Assembly: GCA_964187785.1 (NCBI GenBank)
Contig: OZ076413.1
Location: 42,286,001 to 42,350,000, forward strand
Length of the DNA stretch: 64,000 nt
DNA from: Amphiscolops sp. MND2022
Taxonomy: Eukaryota
Direction: 5' to 3'
Position numbers and translations under genes: made by a program. Positions 26,401-39,558 of this stretch are shown in pieces. The notes below the pieces were generated by a model. That model searched no databases and was not told the DNA's origin. It saw only the letters and a program-made list of their open reading frames with translations. Position 1 is the first letter of the stretch. Every line of letters starts with the position of its first letter.

Positions 26401-28140
26401 TGCATTGTTCCGTCTGTAGTCGAATTCCCGTTTCGTCTTGCTTTTGGATCGTTACATCCACGGTTTATAAATGATCTTCTTTGCTCCCTTTCGTTACATT
26501 TGAAATGTCATCAATAAATGTAAGCGTGTTTTTCAGTTTGTGAAAAATGTTGTCTTTTAGTTTCTTGAATTCCGGGGGCATCGTGGTTAATCCGTAAAAA
26601 CCTGTTGTGAATGCATATGTACCTGTATACTCCCCCCTCAAACAATCTGAAAAATACAATATTTTACTGTTTTCGAGTGTAGCACGGTCTGACCGTACGC
26701 ATACAGCATGGCCAGTGAAGTGAATAGGACCTCGCCTTCTTTCGTGCTGTTTATTATCTCGACTGTTTTACCCATCAAACTTTCCAGAACTTCATTTGTT
26801 ATTCAATAGTTTGTGTTTCAAGATGACCTTGTTGAGCGACTTGGCATCTAGGGCGATCTTGACACTTCGTCCTTTTTGACTGTAATTACTACCGGTTGGA
26901 TGAACATTTCGTCGGTGATTTTGTCAATCTTTCTGATATGGCCTGCCTCCAACGAGTTCTTTACTTTGGAATCAACTGCTTGTTGTAGTTGCAGCGGTAC
27001 CCATCTTCCTTCCTGTTGTGTGATTTTGGCCTCTTCTTTGAATTCGAATTTTATGTTGTGGCCAACAATGCTTACCTTTCTTTTGAAAATGTTGGAAAAT
27101 GTTTTCTACAGTCGTTTCAGTTCAGGTGACCGTTCAAATTTACTATAAATGTTAATTACATTGATTTTTTTCTCACTTTCCGTTTTCGTTTCTGCTACGC
27201 GGCAGTTGAGTTTCGTCAACCAATCTCTGCCAATTAGTGATTTTTTCCCATCACGAATGATCGCAAATTTCGCTCCTTTCAGTTTCTGCTTCTACTGTGA
27301 TGTAACCCACCAATTTTGGTGGTCGTCCGTTGTAATCGACATGTTGTACCCTTCATTTGTCGGGAGTAGCATCGCAAATATCAGGTCTGGTTTCAAAAAT
27401 TTGCTCAAATCTTCTCTAGTGATTTTTGTTTTGGGTGATCCTGAATCGAACATCGTGAAAATATTCTGTTAGTTGATTTTCCATTCAATACAAATAGTTT
27501 TACTCCCACTCCGTTTACATGTAGCACAATGTAATCATCGTCCCATTCCGAGCTCCCTCCGGATTGGACGGCTTCTTGTTCACTTAGACTCACTCTTCTC
27601 ATATTGCCATGATTCTTACCTCTGCCATCTCCACGCGAGTTGACATTTCTCGGGTACACTCTCGAGCAAAATGTCCAGTAATTCTTCAGTTTTTACATTT
27701 TTCTTTTTTTGGCACACTGCCAGATGGTTTTGAGAGAATTCCAACCCCCCGGAGTGCACGGATTCTTTGCTGTTCTGCTTTCCACCACTACTACCGTTCT
27801 GCTTTCACTTCGTTGCTTCCCACAAAAATAATCTTTTGTTGGCTGATCCCTCCTCAAATGCAATTGCGAATCGCAATGCTTCCTGTGGTTGATCTTTGGG
27901 CTCGGTACAGAGGCGTTCTTGCTCAGTTTTATTTTGCATACTTTGAATAAATGGGTCCATAATGAGGTTTTCTGATTGTTCCCCAAAGTCGCACTTTGTG
28001 GCTAATCCCGTGAAGGTGTTCAAGAACTGTCTCAATGATTCGTGCTTTTGTTGTTCTCGAGCGAAAACGTTATACCGTTCTAATGTTCTATTTTTTTTGC
28101 TTGTATAATGTTTAGTCGCAATTCTCCTTTATTTCTGCTA
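23454..28140 (-). mobile_element. Decayed Ty3/Gypsy LTR retrotransposon (gag-protease-RT-RNase H-integrase), 5'-truncated within gag
   Basis: Gag LATKCDFG...QERLCTEPKDQPQEALRFAIAFEEG; protease FDSGSP (~27440); RT TFIDD (~26510); RNase H ICDA...YSINELELLAV (25802-26197); integrase GHPGRD and IDHFSGWPEA; ends at TGTAGC (23454). Confidence 0.9.
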
Positions 28141-29807
28141 TGCTTGACCATTTGGCTCCAAATATGGTACCATTACTAGCTATGGGGAGATAGTATCCGA
28201 AAGGGTGTCGACTCAGAAAAGCAGAACTGTTTATTCGGCTTCCACCCCGCGGAATTGGAGAAAAAAACTTTTTCTTCTTCTTGAACATCATTTTTGTTTT
28301 CTGACCACAAATAATGGGGGAGGAAAAATCATAATCTGTGTTGAATTCTTGTTCCAAGTTCTGCCAAATTTCCTCCCAGTTTCTTCGACCTCACCTGTAG
28401 TTACGTGACTATTCTTCTTACTACTTGACTATTTCTATTGACTAAAAATATTCAAGTAACTAAAACAGGGATATAAATCTCTAGTCAAAAATGTGAATAA
28501 GATCGGATGGGAAAGATCTATAGTTTCAGGACGGGAACAATATTTGAACGGAATAAGATCTAAAATCACTAATTTTTAGAATATACTTTAAGTCCTATTC
28601 CCCTATCCCAAAATAGCTATGGCTCAGTTGGTGAAGGCGGTGCTTAGCGGACGTCTTGTTTTTCTTCAGAAGGTTTTGTGGGAAAGAGCATCCTCATGGT
28701 TCAAAAATCAACGATTAATATACTTAGCATAGTGTTTATAGATCCTCAATTGGAAAGTACCATACCCGGAAAAGTTTTCGAATTTTGAATTTTTGCGCCA
28801 GTTTCGAACGCTGTTATGGGCCTAATTTTTTTAGTTAAGCCCAAGGGTTCACTATATTTCGTTTAAAAGAGGGAGGAAAATCATAATCTGTGTTGCGTTT
28901 TTTCCTACCTCTGCCAAATCGCCACGATCTCCATTTACTACTTGACTATTTCTAAAATAGTCAAAAAACTGAAAATCTATAGCTGAGCAACGTGCCTGAT
29001 CACCGTGGCCATATATGGCTCAGTTGAAGCGGAAAATATCCTGGTGCTCAGCGGGCGCTTTGTTTGGCCTGAAAACTTTCTTCCCAGGAAATGATAATCA
29101 TGCCAGCGTGGAGACGAATCTCGTTGAAAGTTCTGCCGTTGAAACGTGTAAGTAGAAGCTTGTCATCCGAAATTGAATGAGGTATAGCTATGCTTTTACA
29201 TCAGATGAAGATTCAAAACTGATGAGCTGCTAACACTGTATTGTATATTGACCATGTGGCAAATGGCCGTTTGCTCGATTTCGTTTGATACACTATTATT
29301 TGTAAACATCTGATCAATCAATGTTAATAAAAGAGTTCAACAACCTGCTTATATCTTTTTGAACTGAATTAAATGTTCGAGACTCAACTCTCTCACAGGA
29401 TGGCTGGGTTCTTTATTGTTTTCCGCCCTCACTGGTTTATTTGTGTAGACCCAAGAAAATCAGCGCGCTACGTTTTTTCTCCAAATTTAGCCGGTGTTTG
29501 ACGAAAGTAGTGATATAATCCATTCAATTTACTCACGGTGGCCAGTTAGTAGGGCGTTTGCCTGCCAGTCAGTAGGGTTCAAACCCGGTCTGGAGTCTCC
29601 AAGTTGTCTGCTTTCGCAAGCAGTACGTCGCTTTCGCCCTTCTTTGTTTTTGCATTACGACGGTGGCGGAAAATATCCCGGTGGTTAGCGGGCGTCTTGT
29701 TCATATTTGTATAGTGCTCTTTATGTTTGCTCAGAAAAAATTGCTCAAAAAAATTCAGAAAGAGCTGCAAGGAAGAACTGCGGGTTCACTGAGTATGACA
29801 AACGAAG
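28141..29807 (+). repeat. Copy 2 of ~1.7-1.8-kb local duplication
   Basis: Colinear with 21619-23453; lacks the 22021-22159 palindrome. Confidence 0.9.
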
Positions 29808-30049
29808 TTTGTAAAAAACCGGGAAAATTTGATCAAGAGTGAAATCTCAAATCAAGTTTTTCCCTATCCATTCTTTTGTTTGTTCGCTTTGTCTCAGGTG
29901 GATAGCTGAGTCCTCAAAAACTATTGCTTCGCGGGTCTTTCCAGATTATAATCCGATAATTTTCGTTGCTGCCAAATCTCTTGCAGCCTCGTTTGATCTT
30001 TGCCATTTAACAGACGCCAGTTAGTGGCTTTTAATTTACCTATTAAGAA

Positions 30050-30900
30050 GGAAGGACTTCCAGTAAGAGACTCAACATTATATCAAAATGTGGTCATCCC
30101 GCTGTGTGTAGTAGGTTCCAGTAGGAAAAGCGCTTTTTGATTACTGGTTTCTGTTCCAGTATTTGTTGTTTTCGTACGTTTAATTTTCATTCTCTCGCTT
30201 TTATTAGCCCAGATTCTTTTTCGAGATCCAAGCAATCACTACGTTCGTTTGGATGGTTCATAGAAGGTGATCAATAAGCTTGTAATGAATATGCAGTTGT
30301 TCGAAATGTTTTTCTGAATTATGGTTTTCATCGTTAGGATGCCAATGTCGAAATGTAGGTAGTCGTGCCAGTTTTAAGTGTTGGAACATTCATAGGTACG
30401 CAGAGCGGAAAAGTCTCCAAACTTTCGATAAGATCTTGTATTTCCCGACGTTATCCCGTTCACTGATGAAAACTTGGATCAATTCTTTTTTCTATAACTT
30501 CTCGTTTACTCTTGAAAATGTGGATAAAGTCCTGTTCATACTCGTTCACCACTGAAAACCGCGGTTTTGATTTTTGGTGACGAATTTCTTATAGATTCGC
30601 TGTAATGAATTAAAATACCACAATCCTCACAGTTCGTTTCAATTTTGAAATGCTTCGGACGACATGCTTCTCTCGGTACATGAGTATCTAGGTCTGTCGT
30701 ATGAGCAGTTTTTTTGGAAATTTAAGGTTTAAAGGAAATTTTTTTGATGCTGGAATCTTACAATAAAAGAGTACGCCCATTGCATTTTCACGAAAGCATG
30801 ATTGATTTTCTCGGTTTGGAGCTTTCAAAGTGTTACAGTGTTGGCAGCAAAATAGAGAACTGCTTCCTAAACATTTCGATAGAAAAGTATTTTCATCGAA
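30050..30900 (-). mobile_element. Possible highly decayed LINE (APE endonuclease) fragment
   Basis: Minus-strand remnants LIDHLL (~30265) and DDHILI (~30090) resemble APE IDH/SDH motifs; no long ORF. Confidence 0.3.
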
Positions 30901-31999
30901 AAGGCTTCAACAATTTTTCATGGAGACACCTTTTTTTTGCATTTGTAAAGGGACTTCATTGAAGCAGGAAAGTGCCAAAAACAAAGTAATAATTGCTAGT
31001 GTCTCGCAAATTGTTTTCCAAAATTGTTTCGTTTTCTCAAACATCAAAACCATAACTATAACAGGTGAACAGTTTTACCTTATGAATATCACAAAAGGTT
31101 AGAAAAATGATCAATTCTTTTGAAAAAAAACTGTTCACTCAAGTAAATGTTGATTTTAAAACTGTTAGTGCTTTGCCACGACATTACTGAGAGTACCTTA
31201 GTCAAATACTCAGAAGTAAAACTTAATTGACTTCAGATACGCTTTTATCATATATACAATTATTTATAACCACTTTCAGAGATTCTACAGAGACTATTTT
31301 AAAGTTTTTTTTGCAATTTAGAGTGCGCTAAGACTAACAGCATGAATAAATGAGATATCAGACCGCTTAACTTCAACTCAGCAAAGGTCATTCGATATCT
31401 GAGCGTGTTTAATCAACATGTTCATTTTCTAACTTTTGGCGTTACCTGTTCGACGCTTTTAGTAGAGAGATTTTATGACTCAAAGATTTTTTGTTCAACG
31501 CCCTTGTCACAAAAATTGTCAAAGCTGCAGCGTTTATTATGCTCCAACTTTAGGACGTTTTCAACTGTTCAGTGGAATTTCCTCATTTCATTGTGATAAG
31601 TAAGTGCTCATTATACCTTCAAATCGAAATCGATGTATGATGTTCATTAGGAGCAGTGGCACTGTATATTTTGAAGCCGTTTTAAATTTTGTCGTTTTAC
31701 TCGAACTTTTTGTAAACGAACATTCAAAACATAATTCGAACACCGCCATTCAGCTTGTAAATGGCTCAAATTGACCCTTTTTGCTTTAGTGAAAATATTT
31801 TCACACATCGAAAATAAAAATGAATGGACCGGTAAAGTCGTCTAGATTGTTTCTGACGGCTCGAAGCATCGTTAGTCGACGATTTGATTTGATTATCTGA
31901 GCTCATTTACAAATGATTGACTGAAAAAAACCGACCTTTTTCAGTGCGTTGTTTACAAATATTACGACTTTGAAGAGCAAAGTTCTGGTATGTTCTGTT

Positions 32000-33260
32000 C
32001 CACTTTTTCTGTCAATCATCATCTAATTTGGAATCAAATCTTCACTGAAGCATGGTGCGAACTTCAGACAAAGTCTAGACGTATTTACCAGTCATTTCGT
32101 TGATACTTTTGATGGGTGAAATTTTTTGGCTTCGAAGAAACGATGTCAAATTGAATGACTGACAAGCTGAATTGCAATGTTCAGAGTCGTTTTGAAACAT
32201 TTGTTGACAAATATTTGCAAATTTGAGAACTGAAACATTTTCATGCGTTTCGTTTTATGTTTTCTAGGCATGTCCTTGGAAGACGGCAAACTTAGCGTAG
32301 CCCGCACTCTGAAGTGCGGTAGCAGCTAGGTGAACCAAAATAACGGAACGCATGAAAGTTTTTGAGCTCCCAAAGTGTCAAGTATTTCAAAGTAACTTTG
32401 AACGCTGAAATTCAGCTTGTCAATCTTTCAATTTGACAACATTGCTTTCACCCATTTGAAAGTTCTTTGAAATTGAATTTGTCAAATTGAATGATTGACA
32501 AGCTGAATTCCAACATTCAAAGTTGTTTTGAAACATTTTGTTGACAAATATTTGACATTTTGAGAGCATAAAATTTTGTATGTTCCGTTTTTTAGTAGGA
32601 GCTGATGAAATTTCATTCACTTTTTGCGTCAAGCATTCAAAATGAAGCTTTCATTACGTAATCACATTTTCATCTAAGCTTGTTCTAAACCTTCCAAAAA
32701 CTTCCAAAAGCATGTGCTAGACACATTTACCAGTCGCACTTCTGATGTGTGAAAGTTCTTTGACACACGACTGTGTGAAATCAATTTTGCCAAATTGAAT
32801 GATTGGAAAGCTGAATTGCAGCGTTCAAAGTTGTTTTGAAACATTTTGTCGACAAATATTTGTCCCTTTGACAGCAGAAAAATTTTTGTGCGTTCCGTTT
32901 TTTTGGTTCACCTAGTCCTATTAAGTGAATCAAAAAAACCGGAATGCAAGAAAATTTTTGAGCTCTCAAAGCTTTGAATATTTGTAAACAAACGTTTCAC
33001 CATAACTTTGAACGCTGCTGTCAATCATTCAAATAGGCATCTTTTCTTCGAAACAAAGTGAGAAAGAAACGACTCGTACGTATGTCTAGACTTTTTCTGA
33101 AGGCTTCAATCATCCTTAGTTGAAGATCTGATTACGTAACAAGTGTTTGATTTTAAATGACAGACAGAAAATTGATGGAATTGCAGTGTCTTGTTTACAA
33201 ATAATAATTTCGGAGACGAAAATTTTTTGTGCGTTCCGTTTTTTTGGTTCACCAAGTAGT
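32000..33260. repeat. Composite repeat with direct and inverted subunits
   Basis: AAATTGAATGA.TG..AAGCTGAATT.CA..GTTCA.AGT.GTTTTGAAACATTT repeated at about 32147, 32484 and 32791, with inverted partial copies at about 32330-32430 and 32920-33035; outer segments 32010-32090 and 33075-33180 are inverted relative to each other. Confidence 0.65.
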
Positions 33261-33441
33261 ACGTATTTTATTTGTTACAAAATGTTATCAATTGCTTTAT
33301 CAAAACCCTCTAAACGTTCTTTTACTGTTTTTATTTATCTTATTTTAGAAATAATCCGTATTCAGAATTTTTATTTCTCTCTGCAGTAAGTAAAGTTCCG
33401 TATACCGTTCCAAATAGCTCTGAATGTTTGATGGTAGACTG

Positions 33442-33966
33442 AACAAGCCGGAAACGGCCAAAATCGGTGCTATATCTAAGGCTCAAAATTGTAAAAGGGG
33501 GGACCCTTCGGGCTTTGGAAACTCCAGTTGGTTGCAAAATATGAAAAAAAATAACGGGGGACCTTTGGGAAAAATTTTTAAATGAGATTTTTGAACAGTG
33601 TCACAGTGCCAAAAATTGTAAAAGGGATTTTTTTTGGAATCTATTGTGTTGCAAAATATCGAAACAAACAAAGGGGAGACTATTTGGTGGAATCCAAAAA
33701 CTTCAAAAAAAAGTCGCATTGTGCCGAACAAAATCCGAGTGAAAAACACTAAGGGGGGGGGGGTGGCATCCTATGTTTTCCAGGTTCTGTACGTCGATGT
33801 TTTTGTTTTGGACGAGTTTCTGGCGTTTCGAGTATGTTTTGGAGGTCCGTAGTTCACGTTGATGATGTTGAACAAATGAACAAAAAGTGGACCGTTAGCG
33901 TTGAACTGACAAAAAAACTAGCCACTGTAAGAGTTGTGCATTTTCTTCGAAAACGCCGTCTAAAAA
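33442..33966 (-). mobile_element. HINE/DINE-1-like element, family 1
   Basis: AACAAGCCGGAAACGGCCAAAATCGGTGC start and AAAACGCCGTCTAAAAA end, as in the other copies. Confidence 0.7.
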
Positions 33967-34532
33967 CAGACAACCTGACTTTTTAAGGCTATCAATTTTT
34001 ATGATTGGCATCTACGAAAGTGTTAATAGCTTCAACAACATGGTCCGATGCAATTTTAGTATGCTTGATTGTTTAGTTTTAAATCTGAAACGTTTTTGAA
34101 ACCTCAGAAACTAGCTTTTGAACTGGTTCTAGAGCTGAAGATACTAAATTTGGCTAACGAAAACTGTCAGAGCGCAATATCTTTTATTGTATCCATTCCA
34201 CTAGAAAGTCTCAGAAGCAAAACCCTCTCAAATTGTGATCAGAATTACAACGTCGAAGTCGAATTGAAATTTTATGTTCCAGCACATAGAAATCTGGAAT
34301 TTAGGGATTTTTTCGAACTTCATTACGCAATATCGCAGACATTACTGGTCAAAACGGAAACCTGTTTCTAGTATTGTAGCATAGGCTCATTTCATTAACT
34401 TTTTATTGAAACACTTTTTCTGAAAATGCTTTGTCGAAAAATGAACAGCCAAAAGCAGTCATATTTCAGTCGAAACATTTTCAAGAGTTGAAATTTTCGC
34501 ATTTTGTGAACTATTCTTACGATGCTAATTCT

Positions 34533-36301
34533 TGTGGAATTTTTAGATTTTGGTGACTTTAGAAAAATCCTATCTATGTTGTCCGAATTAGCTAAGTTAG
34601 AACCGACCGCTTCGAGTGAATTTTACTAAGTTTTTCTTTGGCGCGAAAATGAGGCGTGTGTAAAAAAAGGCCATCCCCCCTTTTCAGGAAGAACTTGTCC
34701 GATCAAGCTGAAATTTGGCATGCATAAACTAGAGGTGTTAACTCAACTTTCGACTCGGAGTACCCGTACCTCGTACCTCCCCCCAGTCCCGGGCAATTAG
34801 CACCGGAAGTGACTCAGGTCGACCCCCCTACGAACTCGTCGGCCAAGCACGGAATAAGTCAAATTATACATGGAATTGATAGCCCAAATGATAGTAGGCC
34901 GTTGGCGCATGGTTTCGGAACCCTACGACGCGTGTAGGAGGAGTACGGACCCTAAGTAAATAACCCCGAATGTTATGTAAATAGCCAACGGACGACCCCA
35001 AGATCATGAAACTTACCCAAGATGTTCACCTAGCGACCCTAAGTAATATACATGAACGGTACATTGATCGATCCACCACGCGCGGAGTAATGTTTGTTTA
35101 AGGCACGCGGAATCAAACGAACCGGAATAACGAATGTAGTTGATTGCGATTGTGAACGGATCAGTATTCATTACCCATGCGGGGGTAACCGCCTTAAGTA
35201 AACAAACGATACGCATAACATGTCACTCGGGAACCGTTGACCCTAGAATGGTATAACTTGGCATGTAGCAACTTTGGATAAGAGCCAATAACTTCAAGGT
35301 CACCGATGGACCTCAAGGTCATTTTAGATGCAACCCCTGAGGAGATAGGAAAACGTACATTAAAACATGTAAATCAGCGTCTGTAAGTGATAATTTATGC
35401 AATTCAGTCAGGCGGGGAGATTCGCGATGCAACGCACTTAGAATGACGGAAAAGTACCCCTTACACGTAGAGGACATGTAAACCATGTAGTTGAAGGTCA
35501 TGGAACAATTTCTTCGATATTAAAGATATCTCGGGCGACTTGAATTTTTATTGAAATGTGGACTTCGGACAAGACGTGAATTATTTATCGTTGGCGGCAA
35601 GGAATGTTTAGTCGAAGTATAATTAGAAGCGTTCACCATGCCATAAAAGGAATAGTAAACATGAAGGTAAATACATGCAAACTTAAGACGCCGACGCCCT
35701 GTATGTAACGAAAATGTCAAGTATGATAGAAAGTCAAGATGAGATGACCAGAAACACGTGCAACGAACAAATATAATTGAGGCGGAATTAGAACATAATT
35801 GAATAGGTAGAACCGAGTTAGAAGGCTGGGAGCAAGTTGATTCTCGCGGAGACAAGATACTTCTTCGGATTAACACTCGCGCTTCTCGACAACAGAGTTA
35901 GAGAGCGACCGGCAAGTTGAGCCTTAATACGAAGGCAAGAGACTTAGCTAAGCGAAAGAACTCGTTCGTCAGTAGTATTTCTAACGACAGAAATTGAACA
36001 AGTCCGTGGCTTGTGGTTGCATAGTTGGCTGAATTGTGGATACCCATCTTAGCCAGTTTAGTTAGACCTGATTGATGGTTATAAAGAAGTTAACTGATTT
36101 TCGCTGTTGATTGTAATTATATTATTCAACCCCTTCTGTTTCTGGTCAATCGGGCGAAGCCGAAGAAGAGTGTTTCGGAGAGAAAACTAGCTGAGCTAGC
36201 CGTTTGAGGCAAAGCACTTACCCACCAAATAAAACCTTTTTCTGATAGAATTAGATCATCGGGAATTTCTCTCCAGCCCTTGCTATCTTAAAATTTCTAC
36301 A
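34533..36301 (+). repeat. 5' LTR (1769 bp)
   Basis: TGTGGAATTTTTAGA...AAATTTCTACA; roughly 98% identical by eye to 40307-42128, with a ~52-bp deletion near 35110. Confidence 0.95.
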
Positions 36302-36302
36302 G

Positions 36303-36321
36303 TGGCGCTCCTGGGTGGGCT
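36303..36321 (+). promoter_or_regulatory. Primer-binding site, probably tRNA-Asn
   Basis: TGGCGCTCCTGGGTGGGCT one nt after the LTR; its reverse complement AGCCCACCCAGGAGCGCCA resembles animal tRNA-Asn 3' ends. Confidence 0.75.
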
Positions 36322-36431
36322 TTGCTTTGCTTTCTTTTGTTACTGGTTACGTTTTACAACATTTGTTTCGAGTTCTGGATTCCAACTTGAATGTATATTC
36401 GTAGAATTGGATATTATACGAGGATTTCATT

Positions 36432-37303
36432 ATGGATCAAGACGCAAAACGTGAGCTGCTTGAGTTTGCGATGCAGGCCGTTGGACGAGCAGTGAATGGC
36501 AATCAGAATCGAATCTTCAATTGCGGAACCATTCGACCGAATAAGTTTCCTTCGAGTTTGTTTGACGATTGGGTTCAATGGAAGACCCACTTCATCGCAG
36601 TGGCCGAAGCGAATAGATGGACAGACACAGAGGCTATCGGTGCACTGCCAGTGTGTTTGAGTGGACACGCCTCGGATGAGTTTCAGGCAGCACCCCAGGA
36701 ACTGAAGACTCAGGTAGTGAATCGACGGGCGCCTAGTTTACGAGCACTCTTTGAGCACTTGGACCAAGTGATGGGAGTCACAAGAAACGATAGAACAGGG
36801 CGCAACGAATTCAAAAGTTTGGTTCAGAAGGAGAGCGAACCCTTGAGGGAGTTTGCACGTCGCGTTCGCAATTTGGGACTGCTGGTCTTTGGTCATCAGG
36901 AAGCAGATCAGCGAGACGAATTGTTCCGTGAACTTTTTTTAGATGGACTATCCGATTCAGACCTGCTAGGAGTTTTGCTACGAGAAGGAACGCGTGGATT
37001 TGTTGGTACTGTGGATAGAGCGGTGGAGTTGGAAGCTATTGCCAACTCAGCAAAACTAGGCCGAGCACACGAGTTGTTTACGCCAAGCTTGCACAGGAGT
37101 CAGCTGTTGCGGCTGCAGATCGAACTGCAGTGACGGAGATGAAGCAGCAGTTGAATGAAATGACTAGGGTATTGAGCAGTCTGACGAATATGGTGGGCCA
37201 ATTTGTTTCTACAGTGGTCAGTGCCCGTCGATGCGATGTGTGCGGCGAAGATGGTCACCCTGCAGAAGTTTGTCGACTCATCAGGAATCCTTTAAACTTG
37301 TGA
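36432..37303 (+). CDS. Gag-like protein with one apparent frameshift near 37050 and a C-terminal CCHC zinc knuckle
   Basis: DWVQWKTHFIAVAEANRW, QKESEPLREFARRV, ELFLDGL capsid-like motifs; the second frame continues to RRCDVCGEDGHPAEVC...PLNL*. Confidence 0.85.
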
Positions 37304-37341
37304 GGGCCGGGAGACCGTCACAAGAGAAAGGTTTCCCGGCC
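37291..37341 (+). promoter_or_regulatory. Programmed -1 ribosomal frameshift signal
   Basis: T TTA AAC heptamer in gag frame (37291-37297), 7-nt spacer, 12-bp stem GGCCGGGAGACC (37305-37316) / GGTTTCCCGGCC (37330-37341). Confidence 0.8.
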
Positions 37342-38560
37342 GCACCAGAAGCTACGTTATCGCAACAGCAAGTAGAAGACATTGTGGAAGCGGCAGCGTC
37401 AAGGATAGCTACACAAAAGGTTCGCCAAGTATGTACCAGTGAGATTCCACGAAGCGAACAGATGAAAGTGGAAACAATTGGAGTGGCTCGAGAAGTACTG
37501 CCCAGCAACAACAGCGCTCAGCAGCTTGGTATCATTGCGATGCAGGTGGACCAACTCCGAACAGTGCGTGAAGTGATGAAGACGAGAGGGCAAGAATTCG
37601 ACAGTGCTTTGAGAGGTGCGTCAAAGCTTGAAACCTCTTTCGGAGAGATTCACACCGCTGCCGTCACAGCTGACAATGGAGTTGCTGCTGGCCTCGAAAA
37701 CCCCCTTGTTCCATGGTCCCAACCGAGTGGATGCAATGCAGAAGGGAAGTATGCGCCCCAGGTAGCTGTGAGGACGTGTACTCCAGTGTTATGTTGTTTC
37801 GAAATATTCGATCGAAGTCAGATCAGAATCACTAGCGCCAAAATTTTGCAACGTGAAAAGAAGCTGAATGAAAAGAAAGTCGTCAAGCCACAAGCGCGAC
37901 GAGGAGCTGGTGAGCATCAATTGTGTCACCCTGGGCAACCGTTGGGATTGGAGGCTCACTAGCTTGACAAAGAAAAGCCGGAAGAGCTTGACAAACCGTA
38001 TGAAGTGTCCGAGGACGATGAAGCGATGATTGATGCTCTGTTGCACGAATTGGAACTCGAGATTGCGTTCCCAGCCAGAGAAGATCGAATAGAATTGACC
38101 GCAGAAATAGAAGGAAATGAATCCCTTGCGAATCCCGACGTGTCAGCTGAAAGTATCAGTGAGGAAAATGGGGCCAGCAGCTCAGAAGCTATGATGGAAG
38201 CAGAAGGGAGGTGGGGGTCAAAACGCTCTAACTTGACTGGGCGTTTTGAGCGACCAAACAGTCTTATTCCCGTTGAAGTAGTCCAGCAGCGCCCAACCCT
38301 CTGCCACAGAAGGCGATTGTGGGTATCCCACAGAAAGCATGGTAGATGGAAACATGAGCGACAGCACCGAAAGCATGGCAGATGGAAACCCGACAAAATG
38401 GTGATGCCCCCGCTGCCAATGCAACCGAGACCGGAAGGGACCCGACGCTGGAGCAGCCGAAGGAAGAGATCAAGGTGGAAGTCTGTAAATTGATGCAGTG
38501 TGTAACGAGGCGATACGATGCTGCGATGTATGTGAAACTCCACTCACCGAACACTTAAGT
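37291..38560 (+). CDS. Unknown ORF2 in the -1 frame of gag (broken into 37231-37962, 38005-38493 and further pieces)
   Basis: The -1 frame FKLVRAGRPSQEK... stays open for about 220 codons; downstream acidic pieces; no Pol motifs. Confidence 0.5.
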
Positions 38561-39012
38561 ATCAATTTCGCCAAAACTGATTTTTTTATCATTAGGTTTT
38601 TAAATTATTCTTTTTCGTGAAGTCAGTATACTTCTTGTTGTCCAGGCAAATCGTGGTTCCGCCGACCGTAGTTTTCTTTGCAAGAAGATGAAATTGTATG
38701 TACCTTTTTTCGATGAGTAACCTTTCAGAGGCTGAACTTCGAGGAGACCAATTCTTGTGTTTATAATCACTTCAATGTATCAAAACCCAACCCTGACCCT
38801 AACAGATTACATTTATGAAATCGCCTATGAACATACCCACACCCCCTCTCTCGCGACCCTTACCCTAGTACTACTCTCCTTGTTGTTTTGTTAGGCGCGA
38901 TAACTAGCCCCAAACAATCCAAACATATCCTCGAACATTCAAATTAAGATCAGTAGAACTCGTCCGTTGCGCATTGCCAAAAAGAAAAGATGCAATAAAT
39001 TATTTTAGTAGG

Positions 39013-39558
39013 TTAATAGGGATGAAGCGATGAAAGATGAACAAGGATGACAATGATAGTTTTTGTGTCCTGCATTACGATAAAAAGTCTGGAGGGGTCG
39101 TTTTCTGAAAAACTCTGTGCAACGTTCGTCGGGCCAATCGGAGTCGAAACGTCTGACCCTCGACCCTGTCCCCCGGAATAGGAAGACTCAGCAGAAAAAG
39201 GGTAAATTCGACCCAGCCAGGCGACAGATAATCTAGTGAGAGCTGCTCCCCTCCTTCCAATAAAATTCTTATGTCGTAACCTCCGTCGACACTTATGTTC
39301 TGCGTTGTGAAAACCCTCCGATAGAAAAGTGATGCCCATTGCATCCGTATTAGGATATTCTCGTGCATCATAGCTTTCACGTATCACAAAAATGAGGAGA
39401 CGTAAGCGTAAAATTTGGTAGTTCCGAAAGTCAAGTCGGTGAAAGCTGATTGTGATGAAGAGTAAATTTGCTGAGTAAACAAAACTTTTAAAGTCGAAAA
39501 TCCTTCTCATGTAAAATTTTATTCTTTGACGTACCTCCAAACGTGAAAATCTTAGCAA
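39013..39558 (-). CDS. Antisense ORF in LTR element with KH-like GxxG motif (speculative)
   Basis: 181-codon open frame containing HKNFIGRRGAALTRL. Confidence 0.3.
   Translation of the reverse strand: MLRFSRLEVRQRIKFYMRRIFDFKSFVYSANLLFITISFHRLDFRNYQILRLRLLIFVIRESYDAREYPNTDAMGITFLSEGFHNAEHKCRRRLRHKNFIGRRGAALTRLSVAWLGRIYPFSAESSYSGGQGRGSDVSTPIGPTNVAQSFSENDPSRLFIVMQDTKTIIVILVHLSSLHPY

Noticed and set aside
29215..29260. CTGATGA as a hammerhead ribozyme core (also near 634, 30463 and 32602)
   Set aside because: No flanking helices or correctly placed GAAA visible
21619..29807. The 1.7-kb direct repeats as LTRs of the Gypsy element
   Set aside because: No TG..CA ends, PBS or TSD; copy 2 interrupts gag; both copies are mosaics of other repeats
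35013..35876. Minus-strand ORFs present in both LTRs (60-118 aa)
   Set aside because: Their recurrence is explained by LTR identity; no recognisable motifs and mostly non-ATG starts
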